A DNA stretch of 32,000 nt from Cereibacter sphaeroides 2.4.1 (GCF_000012905.2 NC_007493.2:1800001-1832000), one strand, 5' to 3'. Shown: positions 1-11,264, counted from the stretch's first letter. Notes: generated by a model from the letters alone, not told the origin. Made by a program: numbers and translations.

Positions 1-22
1 GGGCCAACTGCGAGATCCTGAC

Positions 23-976
23 ATGATCGACCGGCCCGAGAGCGAGCCGACGCCCCTCGACGACGCCGCACGCGCGGGCTGGCTCTATTACGTCGCAGGC
101 CTGACGCAAGACCAGATCGCGCGGGAACTCGGCACCTCGCGCCAGAGGGCGCAGCGACTGGTGAGCCGGGCCATCTCCGAACGGCTGATCCATGTCCGGC
201 TCGAGCATCGGGTCTCGGGCTGCCTGCATCTGGAAGCCGCTCTGATCCGACGCTTCGGGCTGAAGCTGGCCCGCGTGGCGCCGAGCCTCGGGTCCGAGGT
301 GGATCCCCTGCCCTCCATCGCCCCCACCGCCGCCGCCGAGGTGGAGCGGGTGCTGCGCTCGGAGCGGCCGATGGTGGTGGCCTTCGGCACCGGCCGGTCG
401 CTGCGCGCCACCGTCGAGGAGATGACCTCGATGGTCTGCGAGCAGCACAAGATCGTGTCGCTCAACGGGAATATCTCGGCGGATGGCTCGGCCTCCTACT
501 ACGATGTGATCTTCCGCATCGCCGACCGTGTGCGCGCGCCGCACTATCCGATGCCGATGCCCGTCATCGCGCAGGATGCGGCGGAGCGGGAGCTGTTTCA
601 TGCGCTGAAGCCCGTGCAGTCGGTGCTGCGGCTTGCCCGCAATGCCGATGTGACCTTCGTCGGGCTGGGACAGATGGGCGAGGACGCGCCGCTCCTGAAG
701 GACGGGTTCATCACGCCCGACGAACTGGCCGAGATGCAGGAGCTGGGCGCGGTCGGAGAGGTGGCGGGATGGGTCTTCGACTCGGAGGGCCGCTACCTCG
801 AAACCAGCATCAATCAGCGAGTTGCGGGCGTCCGTGTCGAACTTTCCGAGGATCGGACAGTGGTCGCCATCGCAGGCGGCAGACGCAAGCTCGCGGCGCT
901 GCACGCAGGCCTAAGGGGCCGTCTTTTCAACGGCCTGATCACCGACGAGCTCACGGCGCAGGCACTTCTGTCCTGA
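23..976 (+). CDS. smoC: SorC/DeoR-type sugar-binding transcriptional regulator of the polyol operon
   Basis: 317-aa ORF. It has an N-terminal HTH (LYYVAGLTQDQIARELGTSRQRAQRLV) followed by a SorC-like sugar-binding domain, and lies directly upstream of, and co-directional with, the sorbitol/mannitol ABC genes. No in-frame stop occurs between position 2 and the ATG, so the start could lie further upstream. Confidence 0.8.
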   Translation: MIDRPESEPTPLDDAARAGWLYYVAGLTQDQIARELGTSRQRAQRLVSRAISERLIHVRLEHRVSGCLHLEAALIRRFGLKLARVAPSLGSEVDPLPSIAPTAAAEVERVLRSERPMVVAFGTGRSLRATVEEMTSMVCEQHKIVSLNGNISADGSASYYDVIFRIADRVRAPHYPMPMPVIAQDAAERELFHALKPVQSVLRLARNADVTFVGLGQMGEDAPLLKDGFITPDELAEMQELGAVGEVAGWVFDSEGRYLETSINQRVAGVRVELSEDRTVVAIAGGRRKLAALHAGLRGRLFNGLITDELTAQALLS

Positions 977-1004
977 AACCGCCAAAAGGCGCGGCAAAAA
1001 GTAT

Positions 1005-1060
1005 TTGACAGGCTGGCACCCCTCGGTGAGTAATTATTCGCCGCACGAAATAATGCTCAC
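1005..1060 (+). promoter_or_regulatory. Putative sigma70-type promoter plus imperfect inverted repeat (candidate SmoC operator) upstream of smoE
   Basis: TTGACA at 1005-1010, an 18-nt spacer, then AGTAAT at 1029-1034. Imperfect inverted repeat GTGAGTAATTATTCG (1026-1040) / CGAAATAATGCTCAC (1046-1060) with 11 of 15 positions complementary, separated by 5 nt. This is a locally AT-rich island in otherwise GC-rich DNA. SD GGGAGGA precedes the smoE ATG. Confidence 0.35.
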
Positions 1061-1083
1061 CGTGCAGGCCAGGGAGGATACTG

Positions 1084-2394
1084 ATGACCGCAAGATTTCG
1101 CGCCCTGATGGGCGCGTGCGCCGTGGCTGCGCTCTCGTCCGCCGCCGGCGCCGAAACCATCACCGTGGCGACTGTCAACAACGGCGACATGATCCGCATG
1201 CAGGGGCTCATGTCCGAGTTCAACGCGCAGCACCCCGACATCACCGTCGAGTGGGTGACGCTCGAGGAAAACGTGCTGCGCCAGAAGGTCACGACCGACA
1301 TCGCCACGAAGGGCGGGCAGTTCGACGTGCTGACCATCGGCACCTACGAGGTTCCGATCTGGGGCAAGCAGGGCTGGCTCGTGAGCCTGAACGACCTGCC
1401 GCCGGAGTATGATGCCGACGACATCCTGCCCGCGATCCGCAACGGCCTGACCGTCGACGGCGAGCTCTATGCCGCGCCCTTCTACGGCGAGAGCTCGATG
1501 ATCATGTATCGCAAGGACCTGATGGAGAAGGCGGGGCTGACGATGCCCGACGCCCCCACCTGGGACTTCGTGAAGGAAGCGGCGCAGAAGATGACCGACA
1601 AGGATGCCGAGGTCTACGGCATCTGCCTGCGCGGCAAGGCGGGCTGGGGCGAGAACATGGCCTTCCTCACCGCCATGGCCAACAGCTACGGCGCGCGCTG
1701 GTTCGACGAGAACTGGCAGCCGCAGTTCGACGGCGAGGCTTGGAAGGCCACGCTGACCGACTATCTCGACATGATGACGAACTACGGCCCGCCCGGCGCC
1801 TCGAACAACGGCTTCAACGAGAACCTCGCGCTGTTCCAGCAGGGCAAGTGCGGCATGTGGATCGACGCGACGGTGGCCGCCTCCTTCGTGACCAACCCCG
1901 AGGAATCCACGGTGGCCGACAAGGTGGGCTTCGCGCTCGCCCCCGATACCGGCAAGGGCAAGCGGGCCAACTGGCTCTGGGCCTGGAACCTCGCGATCCC
2001 GGCGGGCTCGCAGAAGGTCGATGCCGCCAAGCAGTTCATCGCCTGGGCGACCTCGAAGGACTATGCCGAGCTGGTGGCCTCGAAGGAAGGCTGGGCCAAC
2101 GTGCCTCCGGGGACGCGGATCTCGCTCTACGAGAACCCGGAATATCAGAAGGTGCCGTTCGCGAAGATGACGCTCGACAGCATCAACGCGGCTGACCCGA
2201 CCCACCCGGCCGTCGATCCGGTGCCTTACGTCGGCGTGCAGTTCGTGGCGATCCCCGAGTTCCAGGGCATCGGCACCGCCGTGGGCCAGCAGTTCTCGGC
2301 GGCTCTCGCGGGCTCGATGTCGGCCGAGCAGGCGCTTCAGGCGGCCCAGCAGTTCACGACGCGCGAAATGACCCGCGCGGGCTACATCAAGTAG
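1084..2394 (+). CDS. smoE: Periplasmic sorbitol/mannitol-binding protein of ABC transporter (family 1 SBP)
   Basis: 436-aa ORF with a Sec signal peptide (MTARFRALMGACAVAALSSAAGA/ET) and CUT1-type extracellular solute-binding protein sequence. It is the first gene of the transporter cassette. Confidence 0.9.
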   Translation: MTARFRALMGACAVAALSSAAGAETITVATVNNGDMIRMQGLMSEFNAQHPDITVEWVTLEENVLRQKVTTDIATKGGQFDVLTIGTYEVPIWGKQGWLVSLNDLPPEYDADDILPAIRNGLTVDGELYAAPFYGESSMIMYRKDLMEKAGLTMPDAPTWDFVKEAAQKMTDKDAEVYGICLRGKAGWGENMAFLTAMANSYGARWFDENWQPQFDGEAWKATLTDYLDMMTNYGPPGASNNGFNENLALFQQGKCGMWIDATVAASFVTNPEESTVADKVGFALAPDTGKGKRANWLWAWNLAIPAGSQKVDAAKQFIAWATSKDYAELVASKEGWANVPPGTRISLYENPEYQKVPFAKMTLDSINAADPTHPAVDPVPYVGVQFVAIPEFQGIGTAVGQQFSAALAGSMSAEQALQAAQQFTTREMTRAGYIK

Positions 2395-2402
2395 GCCCTT
2401 CC

Positions 2403-2430
2403 GCGGGCCGGCCCTGACCGGCCGGCCCGC
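2403..2430 (+). promoter_or_regulatory. Intercistronic GC-rich stem-loop between binding-protein gene and permease genes
   Basis: GCGGGCCGGCC (2403-2413) pairs perfectly with GGCCGGCCCGC (2420-2430) around a 6-nt loop. No T-run follows. It sits in the 101-nt smoE-smoF gap. Confidence 0.5.
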
Positions 2431-2495
2431 ATGCGCTTGCCGCTTCCGGCCGCATCCGCCGGAGGCCTTTCCGCCCCATCAGCCCCGAGGCCTCC

Positions 2496-3368
2496 ATGGC
2501 GACCCAGCATTCAAAGACTGCGGCGCGTCTGATGATTTCCCCGGCCGTGATCCTCCTGTTCCTGTGGATGATCGTGCCGCTGTCGATGACGCTCTACTTC
2601 AGCTTCCTGCGCTACAACCTCCTCATGCCGGGGATGGAGAGCTTCACCGGCTGGGACAATTACTATTACTTCCTGACCGATCCGGCCTTCTCCGCGGCCC
2701 TGACCAACACGATCCTCCTCGTGGTGGGCGTCCTTCTCATCACCGTGGTGGGCGGGGTTCTTCTCGCGCTCCTGCTCGACCAGCCCTTCTGGGGTCAGGG
2801 CATCGTCCGCGTGCTGGTGATCGCGCCCTTCTTCGTCATGCCCACCGTCTCGGCGCTGGTCTGGAAGAACATGTTCATGAACCCCGTGAACGGGATGTTC
2901 GCCCATATCGCCCGCGGCCTCGGCCTTCCGCCGTTCGACTTCCTGTCGCAGGCGCCGCTGGCCTCGATCATCGGCATCGTGGCCTGGCAGTGGCTGCCCT
3001 TCGCCACGCTGATCCTTCTGACGGCGCTCCAGTCGCTCGACCGCGAGCAGATGGAGGCGGCCGAGATGGACGGCGCCTCGGCGCTCGACCGGTTCATCCA
3101 CATCACCGTGCCGCACCTGACGCGGGCCATCACCGTGGTGGTGCTGATCCAGACCATCTTCCTTCTGGGCGTCTTCGCCGAGATCCTCGTCACGACGAAC
3201 GGCGGACCCGGCACGGCCTCGACCAACATCACCTACCTCGTCTATGCGCAGTCGCTCCTGAATTACGACGTGGGGGGCGGGTCGGCCGGCGGCATCGTCG
3301 CCGTGGTGCTCGCCAATATCGTGGCGATCTTCCTGATGCGCATGATCGGCAAGAATCTGGACGCCTGA
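2496..3368 (+). CDS. smoF: ABC sugar/polyol transporter permease (MalF-like)
   Basis: 290-aa polytopic membrane ORF with the EAA-type motif region (EAAEMDGASALDRFIHITVPHL). SD GAGG lies upstream. Confidence 0.9.
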   Translation: MATQHSKTAARLMISPAVILLFLWMIVPLSMTLYFSFLRYNLLMPGMESFTGWDNYYYFLTDPAFSAALTNTILLVVGVLLITVVGGVLLALLLDQPFWGQGIVRVLVIAPFFVMPTVSALVWKNMFMNPVNGMFAHIARGLGLPPFDFLSQAPLASIIGIVAWQWLPFATLILLTALQSLDREQMEAAEMDGASALDRFIHITVPHLTRAITVVVLIQTIFLLGVFAEILVTTNGGPGTASTNITYLVYAQSLLNYDVGGGSAGGIVAVVLANIVAIFLMRMIGKNLDA

Positions 3369-3369
3369 C

Positions 3370-4200
3370 ATGTCACGCCGCACCTCAACCCGCCGCACGC
3401 TGATCGTCACGCTCGCCGCCTGGACGGTCGCCTTCCTCATCTTCTTCCCGATCCTCTGGACGGTGCTGATGAGCTTCAAATCGGAAGGAGACGCCATCAA
3501 GGCGCCCTTCGCCATGCTCTTCTCGGACTGGACCCTGCAATCCTACGCCGATGTGCAGGAACGGTCGAACTACGCCCGCCACTTCATGAATTCGGTGGTG
3601 ATCTCGCTGGGTTCGACCCTGGTGGCGCTCGCCATCGCGATCCCCGCCGCCTGGGCCATGGCCTTCGTGCCGGGCCGGCGGACGAAGGACGTGCTGATGT
3701 GGATGCTGTCGACCAAGATGATGCCGGCGGTGGGCGTGCTCATCCCGCTCTATCTGATCTTCCGCGACACGGGCCTTCTCGACACGCGGATCGGCCTCGT
3801 GATCGTGCTCACGCTCATCAACCTGCCGATCGTGGTCTGGATGCTCTATACCTACTTCAAGGAGATCCCGGGCGAGATCCTCGAGGCCGCGCGGATGGAC
3901 GGGGCGACGCTCGGCTCCGAGATCCTCTATATCCTCACGCCGATGGCCGTGCCGGGCATCGCCTCGACGCTGCTTCTGAACGTGATCCTCGCCTGGAACG
4001 AGGCCTTCTGGACGCTGCAGCTGACCACCTCGCGGGCGGCCCCGCTCACGCAGTTCATCGCGAGCTATTCCAGCCCCGAGGGCCTCTTCTACGCCAAACT
4101 GTCGGCGGCCTCGACCATGGCCATCGCGCCGATCCTGATCCTTGGCTGGTTCAGCCAGAAACAACTCGTCCGCGGCCTGACCTTCGGCGCGGTGAAGTGA
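3370..4200 (+). CDS. smoG: ABC sugar/polyol transporter permease (MalG-like)
   Basis: 276-aa membrane ORF with an EAA motif ([21 protein letters not shown]). It starts 1 nt after the smoF stop. Confidence 0.9.
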   Translation: MSRRTSTRRTLIVTLAAWTVAFLIFFPILWTVLMSFKSEGDAIKAPFAMLFSDWTLQSYADVQERSNYARHFMNSVVISLGSTLVALAIAIPAAWAMAFVPGRRTKDVLMWMLSTKMMPAVGVLIPLYLIFRDTGLLDTRIGLVIVLTLINLPIVVWMLYTYFKEIPGEILEAARMDGATLGSEILYILTPMAVPGIASTLLLNVILAWNEAFWTLQLTTSRAAPLTQFIASYSSPEGLFYAKLSAASTMAIAPILILGWFSQKQLVRGLTFGAVK

Positions 4201-4207
4201 GGGCCAC

Positions 4208-5206
<999 letters not shown>

Positions 5207-5207
5207 C

Positions 5208-5978
5208 ATGCGGCTCGACGGCAAGACCGCCCTCATCACCGGCTCGGCGCGCGGCATAGGCCGCGCCTTCGCCGAGGCCTATGTGCGCGAAGGCGCGCGC
5301 GTGGCCATCGCCGACATCAATCTCGAGGCGGCCCGCACCACCGCCGCCGAGATCGGCCCCGCGGCCTGCGCCATCGGCCTCGACGTGACCGATCAGGCCA
5401 GCATCGACCGCTGCGTGGCCGAGCTTCTCGACCGCTGGGGCCGCATCGACATCCTCGTGAACAATGCCGCCCTCTTCGATCTGGCGCCCATCGTCGAGAT
5501 CACCCGCGAGAGCTACGACCGGCTGTTCGCCATCAACGTCTCGGGCACGCTCTTCATGATGCAGGCGGTGGCGCGGGCGATGATCGCGGGCGGCCGGGGC
5601 GGCAAGATCATCAACATGGCAAGCCAGGCCGGCCGCCGCGGCGAGGCGCTGGTGGGCGTCTATTGCGCGACCAAGGCCGCCGTCATCTCGCTCACCCAGA
5701 GCGCGGGGCTGAACCTCATCCGCCACGGGATCAACGTCAATGCCATCGCGCCGGGCGTGGTGGACGGCGAGCACTGGGACGGAGTGGATGCCAAGTTCGC
5801 CGACTACGAGAACCTGCCGCGCGGCGAGAAGAAGCGTCAGGTCGGCGCGGCGGTGCCCTTCGGCCGCATGGGCCGCGCCGAGGACCTGACCGGCATGGCG
5901 ATCTTCCTCGCCACGCCCGAGGCCGACTACATCGTGGCCCAGACCTACAACGTGGACGGCGGCAACTGGATGAGCTGA
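5208..5978 (+). CDS. smoS: Short-chain dehydrogenase/reductase, sorbitol (glucitol) dehydrogenase
   Basis: I trimmed the track ORF 5070..5978 to the ATG at 5208, which lies 1 nt after the smoK stop, giving 256 aa. It has the SDR cofactor motif TGSARGIGRA, the NNAA motif and the catalytic Y-x3-K (YCATKAA). Confidence 0.9.
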   Translation: MRLDGKTALITGSARGIGRAFAEAYVREGARVAIADINLEAARTTAAEIGPAACAIGLDVTDQASIDRCVAELLDRWGRIDILVNNAALFDLAPIVEITRESYDRLFAINVSGTLFMMQAVARAMIAGGRGGKIINMASQAGRRGEALVGVYCATKAAVISLTQSAGLNLIRHGINVNAIAPGVVDGEHWDGVDAKFADYENLPRGEKKRQVGAAVPFGRMGRAEDLTGMAIFLATPEADYIVAQTYNVDGGNWMS

Positions 5979-6031
5979 GGCCGAAGGCCCGGCCCTCCCC
6001 GTCGAACGCGCCCCCTATCCGAGGTAATCTC

Positions 6032-7465
6032 ATGACCCGCTCCGTCACCCGTCCCTCCTATGACCGCAAGTCGCTCACCCCCGGCATCGTCCATATCGGC
6101 GTCGGCAATTTCCACCGGGCGCATCAGGCGGTCTATCTCGACGATCTCTTCGCACTGGGCGAGGGCCACGACTGGGCCATCCTCGGGGCGGGCGTCCGCG
6201 CGACCGATGCGCGGATGCGCGAGGCGCTGGCCGCGCAGGACAATCTCTCGACGGTGATCGAGCTCGATCCGGCCGGCCACCGCGCCCGCCAAGTGGGGGC
6301 GATGGTAGGCTTCCTGCCGGTCGAGGCCGACAACGCGGCCCTGATCGAGGCCATGTCGGATCCGCGCATCCGCATCGTCTCGCTCACCGTGACCGAGGGC
6401 GGCTATTATGTCGATGCCTCGGGCGCCTTCGATCCGACGCATCCCGATATCGTGGCCGATGCGGCCCATCCTGCGCGGCCCGCGACCGCCTTCGGCGCGA
6501 TCCTCGCCGCCCTTCGCGCCCGCCGCGACGCGGGGGTTACCCCCTTCACCGTGATGTCCTGCGACAACCTCCCCGGCAACGGCCATGTCACCCGCAATGC
6601 CGTGGTGGGCCTGGCCGAGCTCTACGACGCCGAGCTTGCGGGCTGGGTGAAGGCGCAGGTGGCCTTCCCGAACGGCATGGTCGACCGCATCACCCCCGCC
6701 ACCGGCCCGCACGAGCGCGAGCTGGCGCAGGGCTTCGGCCTCGCCGATCCGGTGCCCGTCACCTGCGAGCCGTTCCGGCAGTGGGTGATCGAGGATCATT
6801 TCCCCGCCGGACGCCCCGCGCTCGAGAAGGTGGGCGTGACCTTCACCCCGCATGTCCATGCCTATGAGGCGATGAAGATCCGCATCCTGAACGGGGGCCA
6901 TGCGGTGATCGCCTATCCGTCGGCGCTCATGGACATCCAGCTCGTGCACGAGGCCATGGCCCATCCGCTGATCGCGGCCTTCCTGCACAAGGTCGAGGTC
7001 GAGGAGATCCTGCCCCATGTCGCGCCGGTGCCCGACACCAGCATCCCCGACTATCTCACCCTGATCGAGAGCCGCTTCTCGAACCCCGAGATCGCCGACA
7101 CGACGCGCAGGCTCTGCCTCGACGGTTCGAACCGGCAGCCGAAGTTCATCGTGCCGTCGCTGCGCGACAATCTTGCGGCGGGCACGGTGCCGAAGGGGTT
7201 GGTGTTGCTCTCGGCGCTCTGGTGCCGCTACTGCTACGGCACGACGGACTCGGGCGTTGTGGTCGAGCCGAACGATCCGAACTGGACGGCGCTGCAGGAC
7301 CGCGCGCGGCGGGCGAAGGAAAACCCGGCCGAATGGCTCGCCATGACCGAGGTCTATGGCGATCTGGCGCAGAACGATCTTCTGGCGGCCGAGTTCGCGA
7401 CAGCCCTCGAGGCGGTCTGGCGCGACGGGGCAGAGGCGGTGCTGCGGCGCTTCCTCGCGGCCTGA
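6032..7465 (+). CDS. mtlK: Long-chain mannitol 2-dehydrogenase
   Basis: I trimmed the track ORF 5663..7465 to the ATG at 6032, with SD GAGG at 6021-6024, giving 477 aa. The N-terminal Rossmann motif is VHIGVGNFHRAHQAVY, and the sequence is mannitol dehydrogenase family throughout. Confidence 0.9.
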   Translation: MTRSVTRPSYDRKSLTPGIVHIGVGNFHRAHQAVYLDDLFALGEGHDWAILGAGVRATDARMREALAAQDNLSTVIELDPAGHRARQVGAMVGFLPVEADNAALIEAMSDPRIRIVSLTVTEGGYYVDASGAFDPTHPDIVADAAHPARPATAFGAILAALRARRDAGVTPFTVMSCDNLPGNGHVTRNAVVGLAELYDAELAGWVKAQVAFPNGMVDRITPATGPHERELAQGFGLADPVPVTCEPFRQWVIEDHFPAGRPALEKVGVTFTPHVHAYEAMKIRILNGGHAVIAYPSALMDIQLVHEAMAHPLIAAFLHKVEVEEILPHVAPVPDTSIPDYLTLIESRFSNPEIADTTRRLCLDGSNRQPKFIVPSLRDNLAAGTVPKGLVLLSALWCRYCYGTTDSGVVVEPNDPNWTALQDRARRAKENPAEWLAMTEVYGDLAQNDLLAAEFATALEAVWRDGAEAVLRRFLAA

Positions 7466-7639
7466 TCCGCAGGGCCCAGCCGCTCGGAGCACCGAAGCGG
7501 AGCCCCTGCCCCTTGCGGCGCACCGTGAGGCGAAACGACCGGGCCACCCCGGGGCCACCGCCTCGGTAACACCATGGTATCGCGCAAGAATGCCGGCGCC
7601 TCTGCCGAACGGGCCCGGCTGCCGGGCGAGGCGTCGGAC

Positions 7640-7668
7640 TTGTCAAGGCGGCGGCCCTCGGGTAGAGA
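7640..7668 (+). promoter_or_regulatory. Putative promoter of tRNA-Thr
   Basis: TTGTCA (7640-7645), a 17-nt spacer, then TAGAGA (7663-7668). The mature tRNA 5' end follows 11 nt downstream. Confidence 0.35.
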
Positions 7669-7679
7669 GAGCGGGCGTG

Positions 7680-9065
<1,386 letters not shown>

Positions 9066-9086
9066 TCCCGAGCGCCGCACGAAAGA

Positions 9087-9116
9087 AGACCCCGGAGCCG
9101 CACTCCGGGGTCTTTT
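9087..9116 (+). terminator. Rho-independent terminator after the TRAP SBP gene (potentially bidirectional)
   Basis: Perfect 10-bp stem GACCCCGGAG / CTCCGGGGTC with a 5-nt loop, followed by TTTTT. It is preceded by AAAGAA, so the reverse strand also reads hairpin plus a T-rich tract. Confidence 0.75.
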
Positions 9117-9177
9117 TCATGGTTCTCGCGGCACATGGCGGCCTCCGGCGGACAGGCGCGACCCGCCTTCTCGGCCC

Positions 9178-9210
9178 CGAAAGGAAACGGCGGCACCCGA
9201 GGGTGCCGCC
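9178..9210 (-). terminator. Rho-independent terminator after the TRAP large permease gene
   Basis: On the minus strand, 5 nt after the dctM-like stop, GGCGGCACCC..GGGTGCCGCC forms a stem of up to 10 bp, followed by GTTTCCTTTC. Confidence 0.6.
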
Positions 9211-9215
9211 GGTCC

Positions 9216-11264
9216 TCAATTCTGCGCAGGCGGAGCCAGACCCGGCGGCAGTCCACCCGGCGCGAGACCGGGCGGCGCGCCCGGAACGGCGCCGGGAGAA
9301 GGCGTTGCCGGAGCGGGAGCGGCAGGCACCTCCAGCGCGCCCGGTGCAGGCGCTTCCCCGGGCGCCGGGGCCGGAGTGGCCGGAGCGAGACCCGGAGGAA
9401 CCCCGAGCCCGCCCGGGGCCGGTGCCGAACCCGGAGCCACCGGAGCAAGGCCGGGCGGCGTCCCGAGCCCTCCCGGCGCCGGGGCGAGCCCCGGAGGAGC
9501 TCCCAACCCGCCCGGGGCCGGAGCCTGTCCCGGCGCAAGGCCCGGAGGAGCGCCGAGGCCACCCGCGCCCGGAGCGGGCTGCGCCCCCGGAGCTCCGAGC
9601 CCGCCGCCCAGTCCGCCGCCGAGGCCTCCGCCCAGACCGCCGCCCAGACCCGGCATCTGCGGGAGCGTGATGGTCACGTTCGACGTATCCACCGGCGCGC
9701 CCTTGTAGTGCATGACCATCTGCGGGAACAGGATGACCAGCGCCACCATCACGATCTGGATGCAGACGAAGGGCACCGCCCCCCAGTAGATCTGTCCCGT
9801 CGTCACCGGCGCCATGCGCGCCTTGGTCACCGGGTCGATGTAGGACTGACGCGGCGCGACCGAGCGCAGGTAGAACAGCGCAAAGCCGAAGGGCGGGTGC
9901 ATGAACGAGGTCTGCATGTTCACGCCGAGGATGATCCCGAACCAGATCAGGTCGATCCCCAGCGCCTCGGCCGCGGGCGCCAGCAGCGGCACGATGATGA
10001 AGGCCAGCTCGAAGAAGTCGAGGAAGAAGGCCAGGAAGAAGACCAGCACCGAGACGGCGATCAGGAAGCCGTATTCGCCCCCCGGCAGCGAGGTCAGCAG
10101 ATGCTCGACCCAGATATGGCCGTTCACGCCGTAAAAGGTCAGCGAGAACATCCGTGCGCCGAGCAGGATGAACATGACGAAGGCCGAGAGCCGCGTGGTC
10201 GAGGCCAGCGCCTGTGTGACCACGGCGAGGTTCAGCCGCCCCTTGATCCCCGCGAGGAGAAGCGCACCCACCGCCCCCATCGCGCCGCCCTCGGTGGGTG
10301 TGGCGATGCCGAGGAAGATCGTGCCCAGCACGAGGAAGATCAGCGCAAGCGGCGGGATCAGCACGATGATGACCTGCTGCGCCAGCCGCGACATGAGCTT
10401 GCCGCCCGCGGCCCGGTCGAGGATGGCGGCGATGTAGATCACCGCGATCCCGGCCACAGCGCCAAGGATGTCCGCGTTCTCGGCCCCGTAGGCGCCCGCG
10501 AGCCAGTAATGCGTGGCCACGCCCACGCCCGCCGCCACCGCCAGCGCCACGATCAGCGACATGACGCCAGAGCCCAGCGTGCGCGCCTCGAGCGGCAGCG
10601 CCGGCATCGACTTCGGCTTCAGGATCGACATGACGAGCACATAGCCCATGTAGATCCCGGTGAGGATCAGGCCGGGGATCAGCGCCCCCTTGTACATGTC
10701 GCCCACCGACCGGCCGAGCTGGTCGGCCAGCACGATCAGCACGAGGCTCGGCGGGATGATCTGCGCCAGCGTGCCGGAGGCCGCGATGACCCCCGAGGCG
10801 ATGCGGCGATCGTAGCCGTAGCGCAGCATGATCGGCAGCGAGATCAGCCCCATGGCGATGACCGAGGCCGCGACGACGCCCGTGGTGGCCGCAAGAAGGG
10901 CGCCCACGATGATGACCGCATAGGCCAGCCCGCCGCGGATCGGCCCGAAGAGCTGGCCGATCGTGTCGAGCAGGTCCTCGGCCATGCCGGATCGCTCCAG
11001 CACGATGCCCATGAAGGTGAAGAAGGGAATGGCGAGCAGCGTCTCGTTCGAGAGCACCCCCCAGAACCGGTCCGGCATGGTGCCGAGAAGGTTCCAGCCG
11101 AGGCTGATCGTCCCTTCCGACAGCGGGGCGAGCTCGACCCCGATGAAGAAGAACAGAAGCCCGTTGGCCGCCAGCGCGAAGGCCACCGGATAGCCCAGCA
11201 GCAGGAAGATCACGAGCGAGGCGAACATGATCGGCGCCATGTTCACCGCGATGAATTCCATCAT
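9216..11264 (-). CDS. TRAP transporter large permease (DctM family, COG4664 subgroup) with C-terminal Gly/Pro/Ala-rich extension
   Basis: 682-aa ORF. The N-terminal ~535 aa are polytopic DctM-like (MMEFIAVNMAPIMFASLVIFLLLGYPVAFALA...), and the last 145 aa are low-complexity. The start overlaps the stop of the small permease gene (ATGA). Confidence 0.9.
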   Translation of the reverse strand: MMEFIAVNMAPIMFASLVIFLLLGYPVAFALAANGLLFFFIGVELAPLSEGTISLGWNLLGTMPDRFWGVLSNETLLAIPFFTFMGIVLERSGMAEDLLDTIGQLFGPIRGGLAYAVIIVGALLAATTGVVAASVIAMGLISLPIMLRYGYDRRIASGVIAASGTLAQIIPPSLVLIVLADQLGRSVGDMYKGALIPGLILTGIYMGYVLVMSILKPKSMPALPLEARTLGSGVMSLIVALAVAAGVGVATHYWLAGAYGAENADILGAVAGIAVIYIAAILDRAAGGKLMSRLAQQVIIVLIPPLALIFLVLGTIFLGIATPTEGGAMGAVGALLLAGIKGRLNLAVVTQALASTTRLSAFVMFILLGARMFSLTFYGVNGHIWVEHLLTSLPGGEYGFLIAVSVLVFFLAFFLDFFELAFIIVPLLAPAAEALGIDLIWFGIILGVNMQTSFMHPPFGFALFYLRSVAPRQSYIDPVTKARMAPVTTGQIYWGAVPFVCIQIVMVALVILFPQMVMHYKGAPVDTSNVTITLPQMPGLGGGLGGGLGGGLGGGLGAPGAQPAPGAGGLGAPPGLAPGQAPAPGGLGAPPGLAPAPGGLGTPPGLAPVAPGSAPAPGGLGVPPGLAPATPAPAPGEAPAPGALEVPAAPAPATPSPGAVPGAPPGLAPGGLPPGLAPPAQN
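9219..9653 (-). repeat. Imperfect tandem coding repeats: (GGLG)x4 followed by four GGLG[A/T/V]PPGLAP units and related PGLAP/APAP units
   Basis: Read directly from the translation of the dctM-like 3' end: PGLGGGLGGGLGGGLGGGLGAPGAQPAPGAGGLGAPPGLAPGQAPAPGGLGAPPGLAPAPGGLGTPPGLAPVAPGSAPAPGGLGVPPGLAP...PPGLAPGGLPPGLAPPAQN. Confidence 0.8.

Noticed and set aside
1014-1030. TGGCAC in the smoE upstream region, resembling a sigma54 -24 element.
   Set aside because: The expected -12 element (TTGC) five nucleotides downstream is GGTG, so the GC dinucleotide is missing. No EBP-type activator is nearby. The TTGACA/-10 reading fits better.
1057-2205. 382-aa ORF antisense to smoE. Similar long antisense or off-frame ORFs are 2511..3515, 3385..4443, 4349..5257, 5945..7558, 7980..9080, 9135..11531, 9031..11343, 13892..15520, 15339..16451, 15988..17121, 17353..18507, 17639..18952, 21631..23679, 23772..25478, 25079..26125 and 26458..27921.
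   Set aside because: Each lies opposite to, or out of frame with, a gene carrying unambiguous family motifs. Their products are Arg/Gly/Pro/His-rich low-complexity strings, which is typical of shadow ORFs in very GC-rich DNA. None has a plausible SD plus start context that I could see.
9119-9708. Plus-strand ORFs 9119..9670 and 9376..9708, which encode Pro/Gly/Arg-rich proteins that could be mistaken for a separate collagen-like gene.
   Set aside because: They are the complement or an alternate frame of the DctM C-terminal repeat region. The minus-strand frame is contiguous with a bona fide permease and ends 5 nt before a terminator hairpin.
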